From NCBI GenBank assembly GCA_963693365.1, contig CAVNZM010000004.1, positions 4,528,564-4,592,563 of the forward strand: a stretch of 64,000 nt of DNA. Direction: 5' to 3'. A model generated the notes under the pieces. That model had not been told where the DNA came from. It worked only from the letters and a program-made list of their open reading frames with translations, and made no database searches. Every line of letters begins with the position of its first letter. The stretch's first letter is position 1. The position numbers were made by a program, and so were the translations under genes. The stretch comes from Amoebidium appalachense (lineage: Eukaryota > Protista > Ichthyosporea). This document shows, piece after piece, positions 1 to 18,610 of this stretch.

Positions 1-71
1 AGATTTCTGAAAATGAACACCGTGGGAGACACCGTGGGCAGATATGATACCTAATTTACCCCAAACGTACG

Positions 72-180
72 CATAGAAAGGCATGTGCGTTGGATTTCAC
101 GGCGTAGAAAGGCATGTGCGTTGGATTTCACGGCATTTAAAGGGGAAAGATGGATTTCACGGCATTTGAAGGGGAAAGAT
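72..180. repeat. Nested short tandem duplications upstream of the first gene
   Basis: TAGAAAGGCATGTGCGTTGGATTTCACGG x2, then CATTT(A/G)AAGGGGAAAGAT x2. Core TGGATTTCACGGC at about 91, 122 and 151. Confidence 0.8.
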
Positions 181-409
181 CATAAGGGGCACACGCTGGG
201 AACCTTTTTCTAAAGTTCACGACGACTCCTTTCCCTATCTGTTTGCTGTCCCTTGGAAAAAGCTCCTTGAGACCTCTTTTCTATTTTCGAGTCTCTCTTC
301 GGGCAATTTTTGTCGGTGCCGTCCAGCACCCTCAAGGTGAAGAGATTTTCTACCAATTTAGTTAGGTGCCACTGAGGGGACTTAAGCGCTTAATGTCGGC
401 TTTTGAAAT

Positions 410-5192
<4,783 letters not shown>

Positions 5193-5238
5193 CCCACATC
5201 CACCCGGCCACGCATTTTTTGATCGATTGATAACTAAA

Positions 5239-5273
<35 letters not shown>

Positions 5274-5451
5274 TCCCCCTCCGGCATCATGTACGTATAC
5301 GTCTACACATTCACGCCACTCACATCGTTACTGGTTTCCACCCACCATTTTCCGCCTTTTCTTTCTCTAAAGATTATTTTCAACGTTCATGATCTGAAAG
5401 CCTATTGTGGTTATCTGATACTGCACGAATGGACATCTGCTGGTCAGATTC

Positions 5452-5560
5452 GACACACCATTGTCTTTTGCCATTTATTCACCCTCGTTATATTAATTAT
5501 TTTTTAATGTGCGACACACAACTGTCTTTTGCCATTTATTCACCCTCGTTATGTTAATTT
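5452..5560. repeat. Short tandem duplication in 3' flank
   Basis: TGTCTTTTGCCATTTATTCACCCTCGTTAT(A/G)TTAATT occurs twice (about 5462 and 5523). Confidence 0.8.
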
Positions 5561-5909
5561 TTATTTTTTTAAAGTAGTTGTTGTTACTATATCTTTGTTC
5601 GTACACGTCAGCACCTTGCCCTTGCATGTATTTGCCGGACCAGTAGTTAGCTTAAGTATTTATTTTGTTATCTTTTCCAAACCCTAAATATACGGGTGTG
5701 TAGATAGTCATTTATACGGCATTAGAAAACCGCAAAGTTGTGCGCGCGTACATGTGTGATAAGACAAATCTGGCAACAGTACTCACCGTATCTATGATGT
5801 ACATGTTAGCTAATGCGTAATGACCTAGGAATATATATTCAGACAATAAAGTGTATATGTTAACAAAGAAACCAAATTACAGCGACCCCCCCCCCCCCCT
5901 TCCCCTCCC

Positions 5910-5962
<53 letters not shown>

Positions 5963-6143
5963 ACGGACATACCAACAGAAATACACAGACAAATACACAA
6001 GCAAGCAGGGGAAGTTTCCTTCACAAATCCCATTCCTTCTAGTCTCCCCACCCTTTGTGCAGATGGTATTGTGAGTGCCTCGAACCAAAATGGCAACATG
6101 TTACATGTGCATGCTACCGCAAGAAACCCCATATATTGAAAGT

Positions 6144-6396
6144 TCAATCGTCTTCAAATTCTGACGCTGAGTAATCAGAGACATCTGATTCGTGCTCCTC
6201 TCCTGATCCGGCACTCGTTACGTCGCTCCGTGAATCGGTAGATATGGTGGTGGGTGTTGCTGCTTCGTTTTCTTCGCTGAGTTCACGGTCAGGGGTAGAT
6301 GGTAGGTGGTGGAGAGAGTCTGGGGTGGGTGGGCTGAATCCGGCCAGACCTGATGAGTGAGTGTGTAGGTTGGTGAGTGAGGGGGTGGGGTGGGAT

Positions 6397-6429
<33 letters not shown>

Positions 6430-6543
6430 TGAATGCGTCATAAAGTACGAAGTATACAAGAACAACGGATAACACGATGCAGAATGCAATCCATACATAA
6501 CGAGTATGCATAAAAAGCAGAGCTCATCCTCAGGGGGAACCCA

Positions 6544-6578
<35 letters not shown>

Positions 6579-6741
6579 TGGATGGGTGTATGGGTGGGTG
6601 AGTGAGTGGGTAGGTGGGTGGGTGGGTGGGTGGGTGCCGGGGTGGGTGGGTGAGTGAGTGAGTGGGTGGGTGGATGATTGGTGGGTGGGTGGGTTGGTGG
6701 GTTGGGTGAATGGGTAGGTGCGCGAGTGTGTGTGCTTGTGG

Positions 6742-6776
<35 letters not shown>

Positions 6777-8122
6777 TGTGTGTGTGTGCGCGCGCGCACG
6801 CGCGCGTGTGCGCACGCGCACGTGGGTGTGTGCACCACAGTGTGCCTGCGGATGTGTGTGTCTGTGTGTGTGTGTTCTTTTTCTTTCCTTCTTTCTTTCT
6901 TTCTTTCTTTCTTTTTTTTGGGGGGGGGGGGGGGGGGGGGAGGGGGGGGGGGGGGGGGAAGGGGGGGAGGAATAATATGTTCCAGCACAGAAGTATATGA
7001 TATGTCTTAACACAGAACATTCATTACGGCAGGTGAATTCGTTGTGGACTGAATAAAAAGACGGTTTGTTTAGGCAGAGGTGTAAATGTCACGGTAGAAA
7101 GAAATCCGCTCCTTTGTGCGTGTGTACCATATCGTGTGCAAAGGTTATTGAGAGTGGAAAGGAATGGGGGAATAGAGGAGGGGAAGGAAGGGTTGAAAGA
7201 GGAATCATATAAGGCCCAACGATAAACACAGCAGAGTGCCTGGGTTGGTTGTGTAGTGGTGTGTGGTACGTGCACGTCACGGTTGAGTGTGTGGCTGTGT
7301 GTGTGTCTATGTGTGCAAGCATGTGCGCGTGTGAAAAGAAGGAGGGGAGGGGGGCGTGTGGGTGGGAGAAAGGGGGGGGGGGAGGAAATTGTGGGGATAA
7401 TGGGATAGCAATGGGTCCCCATCCCCTTCCCTCTTCCCATGCCGCCACGAACCATCCCACTCTCTTCCCACCCCCCACCCCACCTCCCACACCACCTCCC
7501 GTGCGCTCGGACACACACATAACCCTCCCCTCCCTTCGTCCTTGCACCTTTCTCCTCTCTCTGTGATATCCAACCCACCTAGCGCACACATGTGCCCACC
7601 CACCTCCCCTCATTGCCGCCTGCCTGTGCATCTCCACCGTCCACAAGGCCTCCCTCCTGTCTGCCTCACAGTCCACCTCCACGTGCACCCCCCCTGCATG
7701 TTGCAGGCTGCCTGCACGTGCATGTGCCCATTGAGGGCGGACAGAGGGACGGGTGGAACGGGAGAGAGACGGGCGGGTGTAGGGGCTGCCACCTAGATGG
7801 CGTGTTTGCTGAGGTGACGGAGTGTGTTTGTTAGTAGGTATAACTGTTTTTGAGTTGTTTGAACCCCTCTTCCTCCCCCCCCCCCCCCCCCCTCCCTCCC
7901 CTCGCGCCCCCCCTCAACCTTCACTACCTCAGGCTGTGCCAATTCTTCCACAGCCCCTTCCAGGGCCACTAAAAACTCGAGTTCAAGCATGCAAACACAC
8001 GTGAACACCCCCTTTCAATCAGAATTATCTTCACCCTCGGGCTACCATAGCTCATCCCCCCCACCCCCTCTCCCCCTCCCCCCTCCTTCCCGGAAAAAAA
8101 AGAAAAAAAAAAACGGAGAAAA

Positions 8123-8157
<35 letters not shown>

Positions 8158-8284
8158 TACATCTTACATACAGACACAAACACGTGGGTGGCACATAGGC
8201 ACCCGGGTGAAAGATATGATATGGGGCGTGCAAGCAAGCATGGTTTTTTTTTTTTCTTTTTCTTTTTTCTTTTTTTTTAGAGGG

Positions 8285-8315
<31 letters not shown>

Positions 8316-8784
8316 AGACAACATACCCGCACCACATACTCAAATAGCCGTCTGGTCACTTGGTCTTGGACGTCCAAGTTCTCAACAAAAGATTCAAACG
8401 TATAGTTGGTGTGCTCCTAGGAGAGGGGTTGCATAAGTCAGCAAACGATGTTACACCATTCTTAACATCGTGACCCAGGGTTTAAGAGCAGTGTCTGCTA
8501 CCAATACTGGCAGCCATCCGGGATACACAGAGCGGAGAGCACCAACGAAGAGTCAAAGCCTACCACACAACGTTTACAAGGTGATAAACAGCTATAATCA
8601 CCCACACCAGTGTGAACATGGGAACACTAACAGTATAGTGGAAGCAAGCCTGGAAGCACTCCACTCTATACGCCTGCAACTCCATAATCTCATTTGCCTC
8701 CATACCGTTTCTTCTCGCATACCATGTCTCATCTCTACATGCTCCCACAGCCACGGCGCCATCCCCCCTTCCTGTCCCCTCTCC

Positions 8785-8832
<48 letters not shown>

Positions 8833-9036
8833 CACATACACACACATACACCACTACCACCACAACTACTATCCTGTAAAGCAAGAAGAAACATCTCTTG
8901 GACGGCTGTGCAGAGATAAACCACCCACCTTTCCCCCCTGTGTTTCCTCTTGAATCTTAGCGCGCACTTCCTCAAACAAGCCCTTGAGCTTTCGACTCAG
9001 CTCCGCGTCAAACGCTGGTTCAGCCCACTTGCCCAT
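6144..9036 (-). CDS. Spliced hypothetical protein with acidic Ser-rich C-terminus
   Basis: Exons 9036-8929 (MGKWAEPAFDAELSRKLKGLFEEVRAKIQEETQGGK), 8416-8327 (EHTNYTFESFVENLDVQDQVTRRLFEYVVR), about 7970-7604 (frame ambiguous across a poly-G run; ...VEVDCEADRREALWTVEMHRQAAMRG) and 6349-6144 (...DVSDYSASEFEDD*). The junction between exons 2 and 3 is not phase-resolved. Confidence 0.6.
6428..6535 (-). mobile_element. Intronic sense-strand box element, solo terminal unit
   Basis: Minus strand reads CCCTGAGGATGAGCTCTGC...TATACTTCGTAC...GCATTCAAA then poly-C, homologous to the units at 39373-39964. Confidence 0.7.
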
Positions 9037-9394
9037 CGCTGAAATGAGAAGGAAGCAAGGGAAGAGAAAACAGGCTAAAAACAGGCTAAGATTTATATCT
9101 GGGAAAATCTGTAGACGAGTGAGGAGAAGTACCGAGAACAGCGCGTGTACAGAAGGGCCTTACGATTTCATAGTAGTATGAGTATGAAAAACGAGTTGTA
9201 CATGCTCCTCACCCCTCTCCAAACCAGGTAAGCACAAAATTTCGTAACCCTCGCCCCGCACAAATGCTTCACCTGCCCGCTCGTTTTTACGGTTGACTCA
9301 CAGAAGAAAACTTTGAACTTCACTGAGAATAACTTCGCTGAGACTGAGTTGTTTTCAAAGCCTGGGCTGTCATAGGAGGCGTTGGTTGTTTTTT

Positions 9395-9520
9395 TCTACG
9401 AAGGAGAGACTATGATCCTATCTCCTGACTTCCAAACTGACCGACACCGCGGTCTGTATTTGCCGGGAAAATCAAGTGTCGGGATATCCGCCAATCCGGA
9501 TATTCATTCCGACCGTACAT
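9395..9520 (+). repeat. Direct repeat copy 1 (about 125 bp)
   Basis: TCTACGAAGGAGAGACTATGATCC...GGGATATCCGCCAATCCGGATATTCATTCCGAC..CGTACAT, repeated at 10546-10701. Confidence 0.85.
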
Positions 9521-10545
9521 CCCCCCGGGAGAAAGCTTCGTCCCTGAAGCTTACCGGAGAGATGATGTTGTGTTGCCTTTTTTTTTTTTTTGGCATGTGT
9601 GCTTTTGTGCACTTAGTATTCTTACTGTTGCAACTAAATCTGTTCAATGCAATGAGAGTGCCAGTGCAGTTTTTGTACAGGGAGTCGCACTGTTCCCTGG
9701 GTTTCGAGGAGGGAGACACTCTCAGAAAACTCCTCGGGGCCTTTTACATTTCCTTAGCCCCCATGTGTGCTTTTGTGCACGGACAAACCCTATGGTTACT
9801 AGCTCAGCTAGCCACCAGAGAGCGGGTGTGTATGCGATTTTATGGCTTGTCTCTTGTATGACTCATTCCATGTGTTGTGTCCGTGGTAATGGCTGACTGG
9901 TTGCAGGCAGGCATGTGGAACGGACATTTGTGCTTTCAGTGAAGCAGTGCACGAGAATTTATGCGTGCAGTGGTTGTTGCGTTTGCACCCAACACCTTAC
10001 ACGTTGCGCCTTTACATTTGCATCGTTAAGTCATTGGAAGTTGTACGTTGTGTTTGTGCATACTGCGAGGCGCCATTTGGGCGTCCTTCACAGCTGCGTA
10101 ACGATTTGTGCGTTTGTAAGACTTCTTTTGCCTTTTCAACGCTCGTGCAAGTACGTTTCATGCAAAGCATCAGTTGTTCACGCAACAACACAATGTGCTG
10201 GTATGGTTTTGTATGCAGTCATTGTAAAGATCATCAACCAGCGATTTTCGTTTTTGCATGTGCATGTGTCTCATGCGTGACCGTGCTGTATAACGTTATG
10301 CAGTTATTGCAGTGGGCCGTGTGTAGTGGAATGGTCAGTAAGTGCCGAGTGTTGCACATGGCGCGTGGAGTAGCACAGAGATGGAGTGCCGTAGCTGTAA
10401 CCATCTTGAAGTGCAGATCTTGAGGTTGTTGGGTGTGGAAGCGTTTCTTGACGTTCAATGTTGCTGGGCGGTGTGCCGTCACGTAGGGTGGGCGGGTGGG
10501 TAGTTGTTGGAGGTGCAGAAACTTTTCATTACTCTCTGGTTACCA

Positions 10546-10701
10546 TCTACGAAGGAGAGACTATGATCCCATCTCCTGACTTCAAGACTGACCGACACGG
10601 CGGTCTGTCCGATCCTTTATTTGCCGGGATATTCAAGAGTGTAGGGATATCCGCCAATCCGGATATTCATTCCGACGGTCGACTCAGACTCGACCGTACA
10701 T
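10546..10701 (+). repeat. Direct repeat copy 2 (about 155 bp, two extra insertions)
   Basis: Aligns with 9395-9520 and carries extra CCGATCCTT and a GGTCGA-CTCAGAC-TCGACC hairpin. Confidence 0.85.
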
Positions 10702-11289
10702 TTTGCTTTTTGGCGCAAAACAACCACGCGCGATGATTGGACAACTTTGCGCGCCACAATTACAGCATTCGATTGGTTGCCTTTGCACATTTCTCGTTGT
10801 CCAATAGGGTTTTGATAAACTTTAAATCTGTTTCTATTGGCTCGATAATGAGCCCAAAAAATTCCAAAGCCAGCACTGGGCACTGGCCCAGTGGGCCAGC
10901 AGGTGGGCTGAGGTGGCGTCTTTCATAACTTTAACAGGGATGGGGCAAAAGACAAAGAGTCAAAATATATCATTTCATTTTATATCTTCCCAAAAAAATT
11001 CATGGTGGCTTTTATTTTCTCTTTCTCTGGGCTTTGTAGAGAGACGTCACGAATCCTGCTTACATCATCAGATTCAGAAGTTCAGATGACAAGAATTTGG
11101 TGATCCTTCTCGTTGACCAATCATAGCGATTCGCTGTCGCACTGAAAACTATATAATGCGCTTGGGCCCGCTCGGTCCAACCACAGTCAGTCTCAACGCA
11201 AGGTTGCTTTCTTACATAGGTACATCCACAAAAACAAAACGCAGATCGCACAATCAAAACCACATCGAAAAGTGTGACATCTTCCAAAT

Positions 11290-12720
11290 ATGTATCACTC
11301 CAGCATGCACAGACTTCCCCTCGTGGTGCTGGCAGCAGCCAGTGCGCATGCATGCAGTGATGTCTTGCTCCGCCATCGCGTTTCCTCTTTCGGCCAGGCC
11401 GTTTCAGCCCGCACAATGGACTGGGGGATTCCTGACCTCGACTTCAAGCTCCAGTCGTTTGGACGCGGCCACGACATCTGGGTGGACATGAAGCCCAAGG
11501 GCTGCGAGGATTGCCCCCTCACCCCCGTGTCTGCAAAATACGGGGCCGTATTTATCAACGCCCTGAATGAAGAAGTCGTCGTGGATGGCATGAACGAGGC
11601 AGGCCTCTCCATAGGAACGCTTGCCCACCGAATCGCCAAGTACCCCATGTACACTCCGGCCGACCCTCGTCCCATCATGCCGGTGTACAGCATGCCCGCC
11701 TACATTCTTGGCACATGTGCGGATGTCGACTGTGTGCGCAGGGAGATTGAACGGTGGCAGATAGTGGATGCCAATCACCCGGCCCTCAGTGCTCTCGGCG
11801 GTTCTTTGGGTCTCCACTGGGTTGTGCACGATGTCAATGGCCGCACTTTGAACGTCGAATTTGTGCCCAACGAGGCAAGCGCCCTGGCACCCAAGTGCTT
11901 TGCTCGTAACGTGACCACAAGGCCCGAAGCCGGAGCACGCATTTGCGTCTATGACAACGAGCCTGCCGTCTTCACCAACAACCCGTTCTGGGAGCAGCAG
12001 CTGCAGCAAGCAAACAGCCGGCTCAATACCACAAACATTTCCGCCGTGGTAGATGCCCCACGGGAGGTCTTGCAGAAGGCACAGTCCGAAGCGGGGTCTT
12101 TCGAGTCTCCCGACCGCTTTGTGCATCTTGTGGTGCTGCAGGAGACCGCGCGGCGGGCTGGCAACCAGTGGCTGAACTGGACGGGCAGTGCCTTTGAAAA
12201 GTCGGCTGCAGGTAAAACCCCTTCCTTCGTCAACCCAGACAGAAATGTCGATGCCGTGGCCGAGGCGCAGCTCATGATTGGGCGGGTCAGCCGCGCCATG
12301 GGCGGCTACGACTTCGACACGTACCGCGGCACCACGTGGTGGACCGTTGTGCGCGACCACACCAGCAGAAAGTACTACTACCGCCTGACTGCCCGGCCCA
12401 ACCTCATCGAGATCGACCTTAATGATTTGGCCCTCGATGACGACGACCGTACTCGGCCCTCCGTGCCCATGACCACCGACATGCACCTGCCCTTTGCCGC
12501 CAAGGGCCACTATGCACTTCTTGCACAGCCAACCCCTGCACCCTCTGTCGGTGCAGCATCAACACCATCAGGCTTCGAGTGGGTGACCCTCGGGCTGCTT
12601 GTGGCCAATCTGGTGGTTGTGCTGCTTGTTGCTGCGGTCGTTGGGTCGAAGGTGGTGAGGGCCAGGAGAGGAATGAGGGCTGACAATGCTGCCAGCGATA
12701 TCAGCACCATCAAGGCGTGA
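11290..12720 (+). CDS. Choloylglycine hydrolase / penicillin V acylase family (linear amide C-N hydrolase, Ntn fold), secreted and C-terminally membrane anchored; intronless
   Basis: 476-aa ORF. Signal peptide ends ASAHA|C, exposing the N-terminal Cys nucleophile. Family motifs ARTMDW, DGMNEAGLSIG, GLHWVVHD, FTNNP, ESPDRF and TWWTVVRD. C-terminal hydrophobic helix WVTLGLLVANLVVVLLVAAVVG followed by a basic tail. Confidence 0.92.
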   Translation: MYHSSMHRLPLVVLAAASAHACSDVLLRHRVSSFGQAVSARTMDWGIPDLDFKLQSFGRGHDIWVDMKPKGCEDCPLTPVSAKYGAVFINALNEEVVVDGMNEAGLSIGTLAHRIAKYPMYTPADPRPIMPVYSMPAYILGTCADVDCVRREIERWQIVDANHPALSALGGSLGLHWVVHDVNGRTLNVEFVPNEASALAPKCFARNVTTRPEAGARICVYDNEPAVFTNNPFWEQQLQQANSRLNTTNISAVVDAPREVLQKAQSEAGSFESPDRFVHLVVLQETARRAGNQWLNWTGSAFEKSAAGKTPSFVNPDRNVDAVAEAQLMIGRVSRAMGGYDFDTYRGTTWWTVVRDHTSRKYYYRLTARPNLIEIDLNDLALDDDDRTRPSVPMTTDMHLPFAAKGHYALLAQPTPAPSVGAASTPSGFEWVTLGLLVANLVVVLLVAAVVGSKVVRARRGMRADNAASDISTIKA

Positions 12721-13414
12721 TTGGCAATAATGCGGTTTGGGAAATGTTGTCATATAGCAATCACCTAGTAGAGGAGTCCCTCCTAGTAATACCGTAGTGA
12801 TTCAATTCTTTAAATTTTAAGCTTTTACGAAGTCCCAGTACTAGTACATATATACATTCAATTGTGCGTCTAGCTCTTCAATTGTGCGTCTAGCTCTATA
12901 GGCAAATGATGGCCCCCTGTGGACATTGCACATTGCAATTTCCAGTTGTATTAAGATAGAATTCGAAGCTGTGATATTTATTCGGATTATGGTGACTATA
13001 AACCTCCCGTAGATCATGATCATGAATGCCATACACAACTATTTGAAAATAAACTAACCGGGACTTGTCAAATTAAGCTGAAATCAACATTCCCAGTTTC
13101 TGGCTCTTTCATTTTTATCTTACTTGAACACATGCCACGATTGACGATAATCAGGTGACACCACATGACATATGAACAGTGTGCACGTGCTCTCCATCCC
13201 CCCTCCACTCCCCTCCGTCCCTTACTCCCTCCCCCCTCCCTCCCCCCAAACCCCCCCCCCCTCCCCCCCATCTCACCTGGACCGAGGCATACTTGTGTTG
13301 GCCCGTGTGTGCTGCAGACATATACCAATATTTGTTGTGGCACTGTGTGAGTAGTTTGTGCGTTGAGGTGCATGTACACAGCCTGATGCATGTGCCTTCG
13401 CGGGTCTGTCTGAT

Positions 13415-13518
13415 TGTGTGGTTGTGTGTGTGTCACGGTGTGTGTGTTCCACTGGGCATGTAGGCGTGTGTGTTTGTTTGTGTTGTGTGTTTTGTGTGTG
13501 TGTGTGTGTGTGTATGTG

Positions 13519-13575
<57 letters not shown>

Positions 13576-13840
13576 AGTATGTGTGTGTGTGCGTGCGTGT
13601 GTGTATGTGCGTGTGTGCGTGTGTGTGCGTGTGTGCGTGTGTGTGCGCGTGTGTCAGTCGGTGTGTGTGTGTGTGTGTGTGTGTGTTTGTGTGTGTATGT
13701 GTGTGTGTGCGTGCGTGCGTGTGTGTGTGTGTGTGTGTGCGTGTGCGCATGTGTGTGTGTGTGCGTGTGTCGCGGCGTGTGTGTGCGTGTGCATGTTTGC
13801 TTGTGCGTTTGTGTGCACGTGTGTGTGTGCGCGCGCGGGC
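13415..13840. repeat. Compound (GT)n/(GCGT)n microsatellite
   Basis: About 400 bp of interrupted GT repeats seen directly. Confidence 0.9.
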
Positions 13841-14228
13841 GTGTAGCCATGTTGGTGACTGTAGGTGGGTGTGCGCACGCCCCTGTTTGTCAAAACCTGG
13901 CACCACTCGAAAAAGAAAAGAAAATTTGCCAGTGACAGGCTGAAGTTATCCGTCCAGATGGTATTGAACAATACGTCACCTACACATTAGATGTTGTAGC
14001 CACTGACGGCTCCAGTTAGTTTCATTAATAGTCAGAAGCTTTGGGTCGTGGAGAAGTACGCTTGATCTAAATTAAATAAAGAGGAGAGGTTTGATGGTAT
14101 TATAATGATTGAGGCTAAATGCAGCTTAGACGAGTTTGCTCACAGGCACCCTTGCGGCAAGAGCTACTTAAACGGCCTAGAGTCTGTTAGTAACGCGGCA
14201 CGGTAGTTCCTTTAGAGGGCCTGCAAGG

Positions 14229-14591
14229 TAGTCTCCAAGGCTATGTACCCACTGGCTTACGTAAGTGGCTGAGCACTACTACGCCGCGGGACGTCTCCAG
14301 CCGGGTCTATAAAGTTCTGATGGACAATCGGGACACTTTACTACAGTTTATTTTCCTGATGGGCAATAGGAACGCTTCCGTACTTCTGATGGGCAATAGG
14401 AACGCTTCCGCAATATTGTTGTTGGGCAAATGGGAACGCGACGTTAAATTCTTATTGCGACTTTTAACCAATCCAAGCTGTAGATTTAGATTTGTTTGCG
14501 CAATCAGACACTTTGTCTAGTGACTGTCGCCTGCGGCAACATACAAGGTATGTTGAGCCGGGCCGCAGGGAGACAGCACTCAAAGTGACTA
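14229..14591. mobile_element. Non-autonomous DNA transposon (MITE) with TAGTC...GACTA termini and 9-bp target-site duplication
   Basis: Flanked on both sides by CCTGCAAGG (14220-14228 and 14592-14600). Both ends recur at 33138-33263. Internal tandem CTGATGGGCAATAGGAACGCTTCCG x2. Confidence 0.8.
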
Positions 14592-15276
14592 CCTGCAAGG
14601 GTCCTCCGAGAACAAAACATGATAAATTAAAAAGAAATGCCAATGTGTCATAGTAGAGCTCGTGCGCTGCTGAATTCGTATCACCTAGGCTCTTCGAGTA
14701 TTGAAGCAATATTATTTTGCATTGGATGATTTTATTTCGTATACGCAATATGCCAGGTAAGCGTCCTTCCAAAAAATTAAACGTTTGCTTCTTTCTGCCT
14801 CCCCCAAATTCCCCTCATCCCCCCCCCCCCCCCTCCCCCCTCCCCTCCCCCCTCCCCCGCCCGTCGGCCCCCTTGTCCGAGTCCCCCACCACCATCACCA
14901 CCACCACCACCACCAGCCCCCTCTCCCCCCTCCCCCCCCTCCCCCTCTTCCCCCCCTCCCCCCCCCCCCCCCCCCGCCCCTCCCTCTCCCCCTACCCCCC
15001 TTCCACCCCATTTCTTTTGCCATGATGTTCCCCCTCCCCCCCCCCCCCCCCCCTCCCCCCCCCCCCCCCCCCCCCTTCTCCGAGACCCTCCCCACCATCA
15101 CCACTGCCACCCCCCCCCCCCCCCCCCCCCCCCCCCTCCCCCCTCCCTTTTTTTTTTGGTATGCATAGCTGTAGCCTAAAGTTTGGGCCTGCTCAGATCA
15201 TTTGTTTCACTGTTTCACTGCAAGGGCATTCGTATATGTATATCCACAATTAATCGCCCTCTCCCCCCCCCCCCCC

Positions 15277-15307
<31 letters not shown>

Positions 15308-15839
15308 CACCATCACTACCCCCCCCCCCCCCCCCCCTCTCTCTCTCCCGGTTCAGGCCCCCTCCATACCAGTAAAAGAATATATCAACAGAGCTCGGCT
15401 TCAATCTTTTTTGATTTTCAGCTTGATTAATATTCGACCCAGTGATCTGTTTTTGAAGATCCTTCAGGTGGGAAGGGGGTGCAGGGGGGGGAGGGGGGGG
15501 GGGGGGGAGGGGGGGAGGGGGGGGACGCGGCGGAGGCCTGGGGGATTACAGAATGCCGCAATTGTGTATTAACTATAAGCACTATGATAGGACTTTATCA
15601 CGTATGTACTTGAATCATAATAAAATCTTACCTCTGTATATTGCTATCGTATGCATAACCGGTTGAGTGACGGAACAGAAGCTCAATGTTATTAGAAAAT
15701 TTCACGCCGATCACTCAGGCTGCCAAGTTTAAACATTTGTGCCCCAGCTGTCCTTTAAGTTATCTCAGCCAATCAAATCAAGCTTGAAATTCATGTACGC
15801 ACAACCATTGGCGTACTGCATGCTAAAAGTCAGTTAAGA

Positions 15840-17730
<1,891 letters not shown>

Positions 17731-18439
17731 TGGTGGTGAGTGCCATGCCGTGCATGTTTGCCGCCCACACGTACTCAGATACACACCCCCTCCCCCTTAC
17801 AAAGAAAAACAAACAAAAAAAAACTGAAAAAATGAAATAGAAAAGAAAAGGAAAGAGACAAAAAAAAGGTGAAAGGAATAAAGAAAGAAAGGGGGGGAAA
17901 AAAAGGGGGGAGGGGGGGGGGGGGGGGAAGGGAAGGAAACTAAATAAAAAGTAAATGAACGCATACCTCTCTCCCCATACCAGAAACCGCCCTCCCCCCC
18001 TCCCCCCCCCCCTCTTCCCCCCTCCCTCCCCCCCTTCCCCTTCCCCTCCCCACCCTCTCTTCCTCCCTCCCCCCCTCCCCCCCCCCCCCCCCCCCCCCCC
18101 CCCACACACACACAAATGGAGGTTCGGTTGCAGATGATAACGAACCCGACAGCCCACATAAACCTTAGGCTTAAACCTACACCTGAAATACCTGTTGTTA
18201 AAATAGTGAGCCACCTCTGTAACTGGCGTGAAACTCGTGATACATGCTCCATTCGATTTATACGTCACTAAGTATGACTTGAAAGTTTGCTGGAGACACA
18301 TTCACGTGATGTAATTGGGATTTTGGCGAATTCCGCGTATGGCAGTGACTTTGTGCGCTGTGTGTGTTTGTGTGTTTTTGAGTCACAGCCAGTGTGTTTG
18401 TGTCTGTTAGTGTCTGTTTCTGTGTCTGTGTGTGTGTGT

Positions 18440-18610
<171 letters not shown>

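Noticed and set aside
72-180. Mini repeat-spacer array
   Set aside because: Explained by two overlapping local tandem duplications; the spacers are duplicated rather than unique.
11404-12510. 368-aa antisense ORF over the hydrolase, and similar antisense ORFs over the DUF4470 exons
   Set aside because: Shadow ORFs of GC-rich coding sequence with no recognisable motifs.
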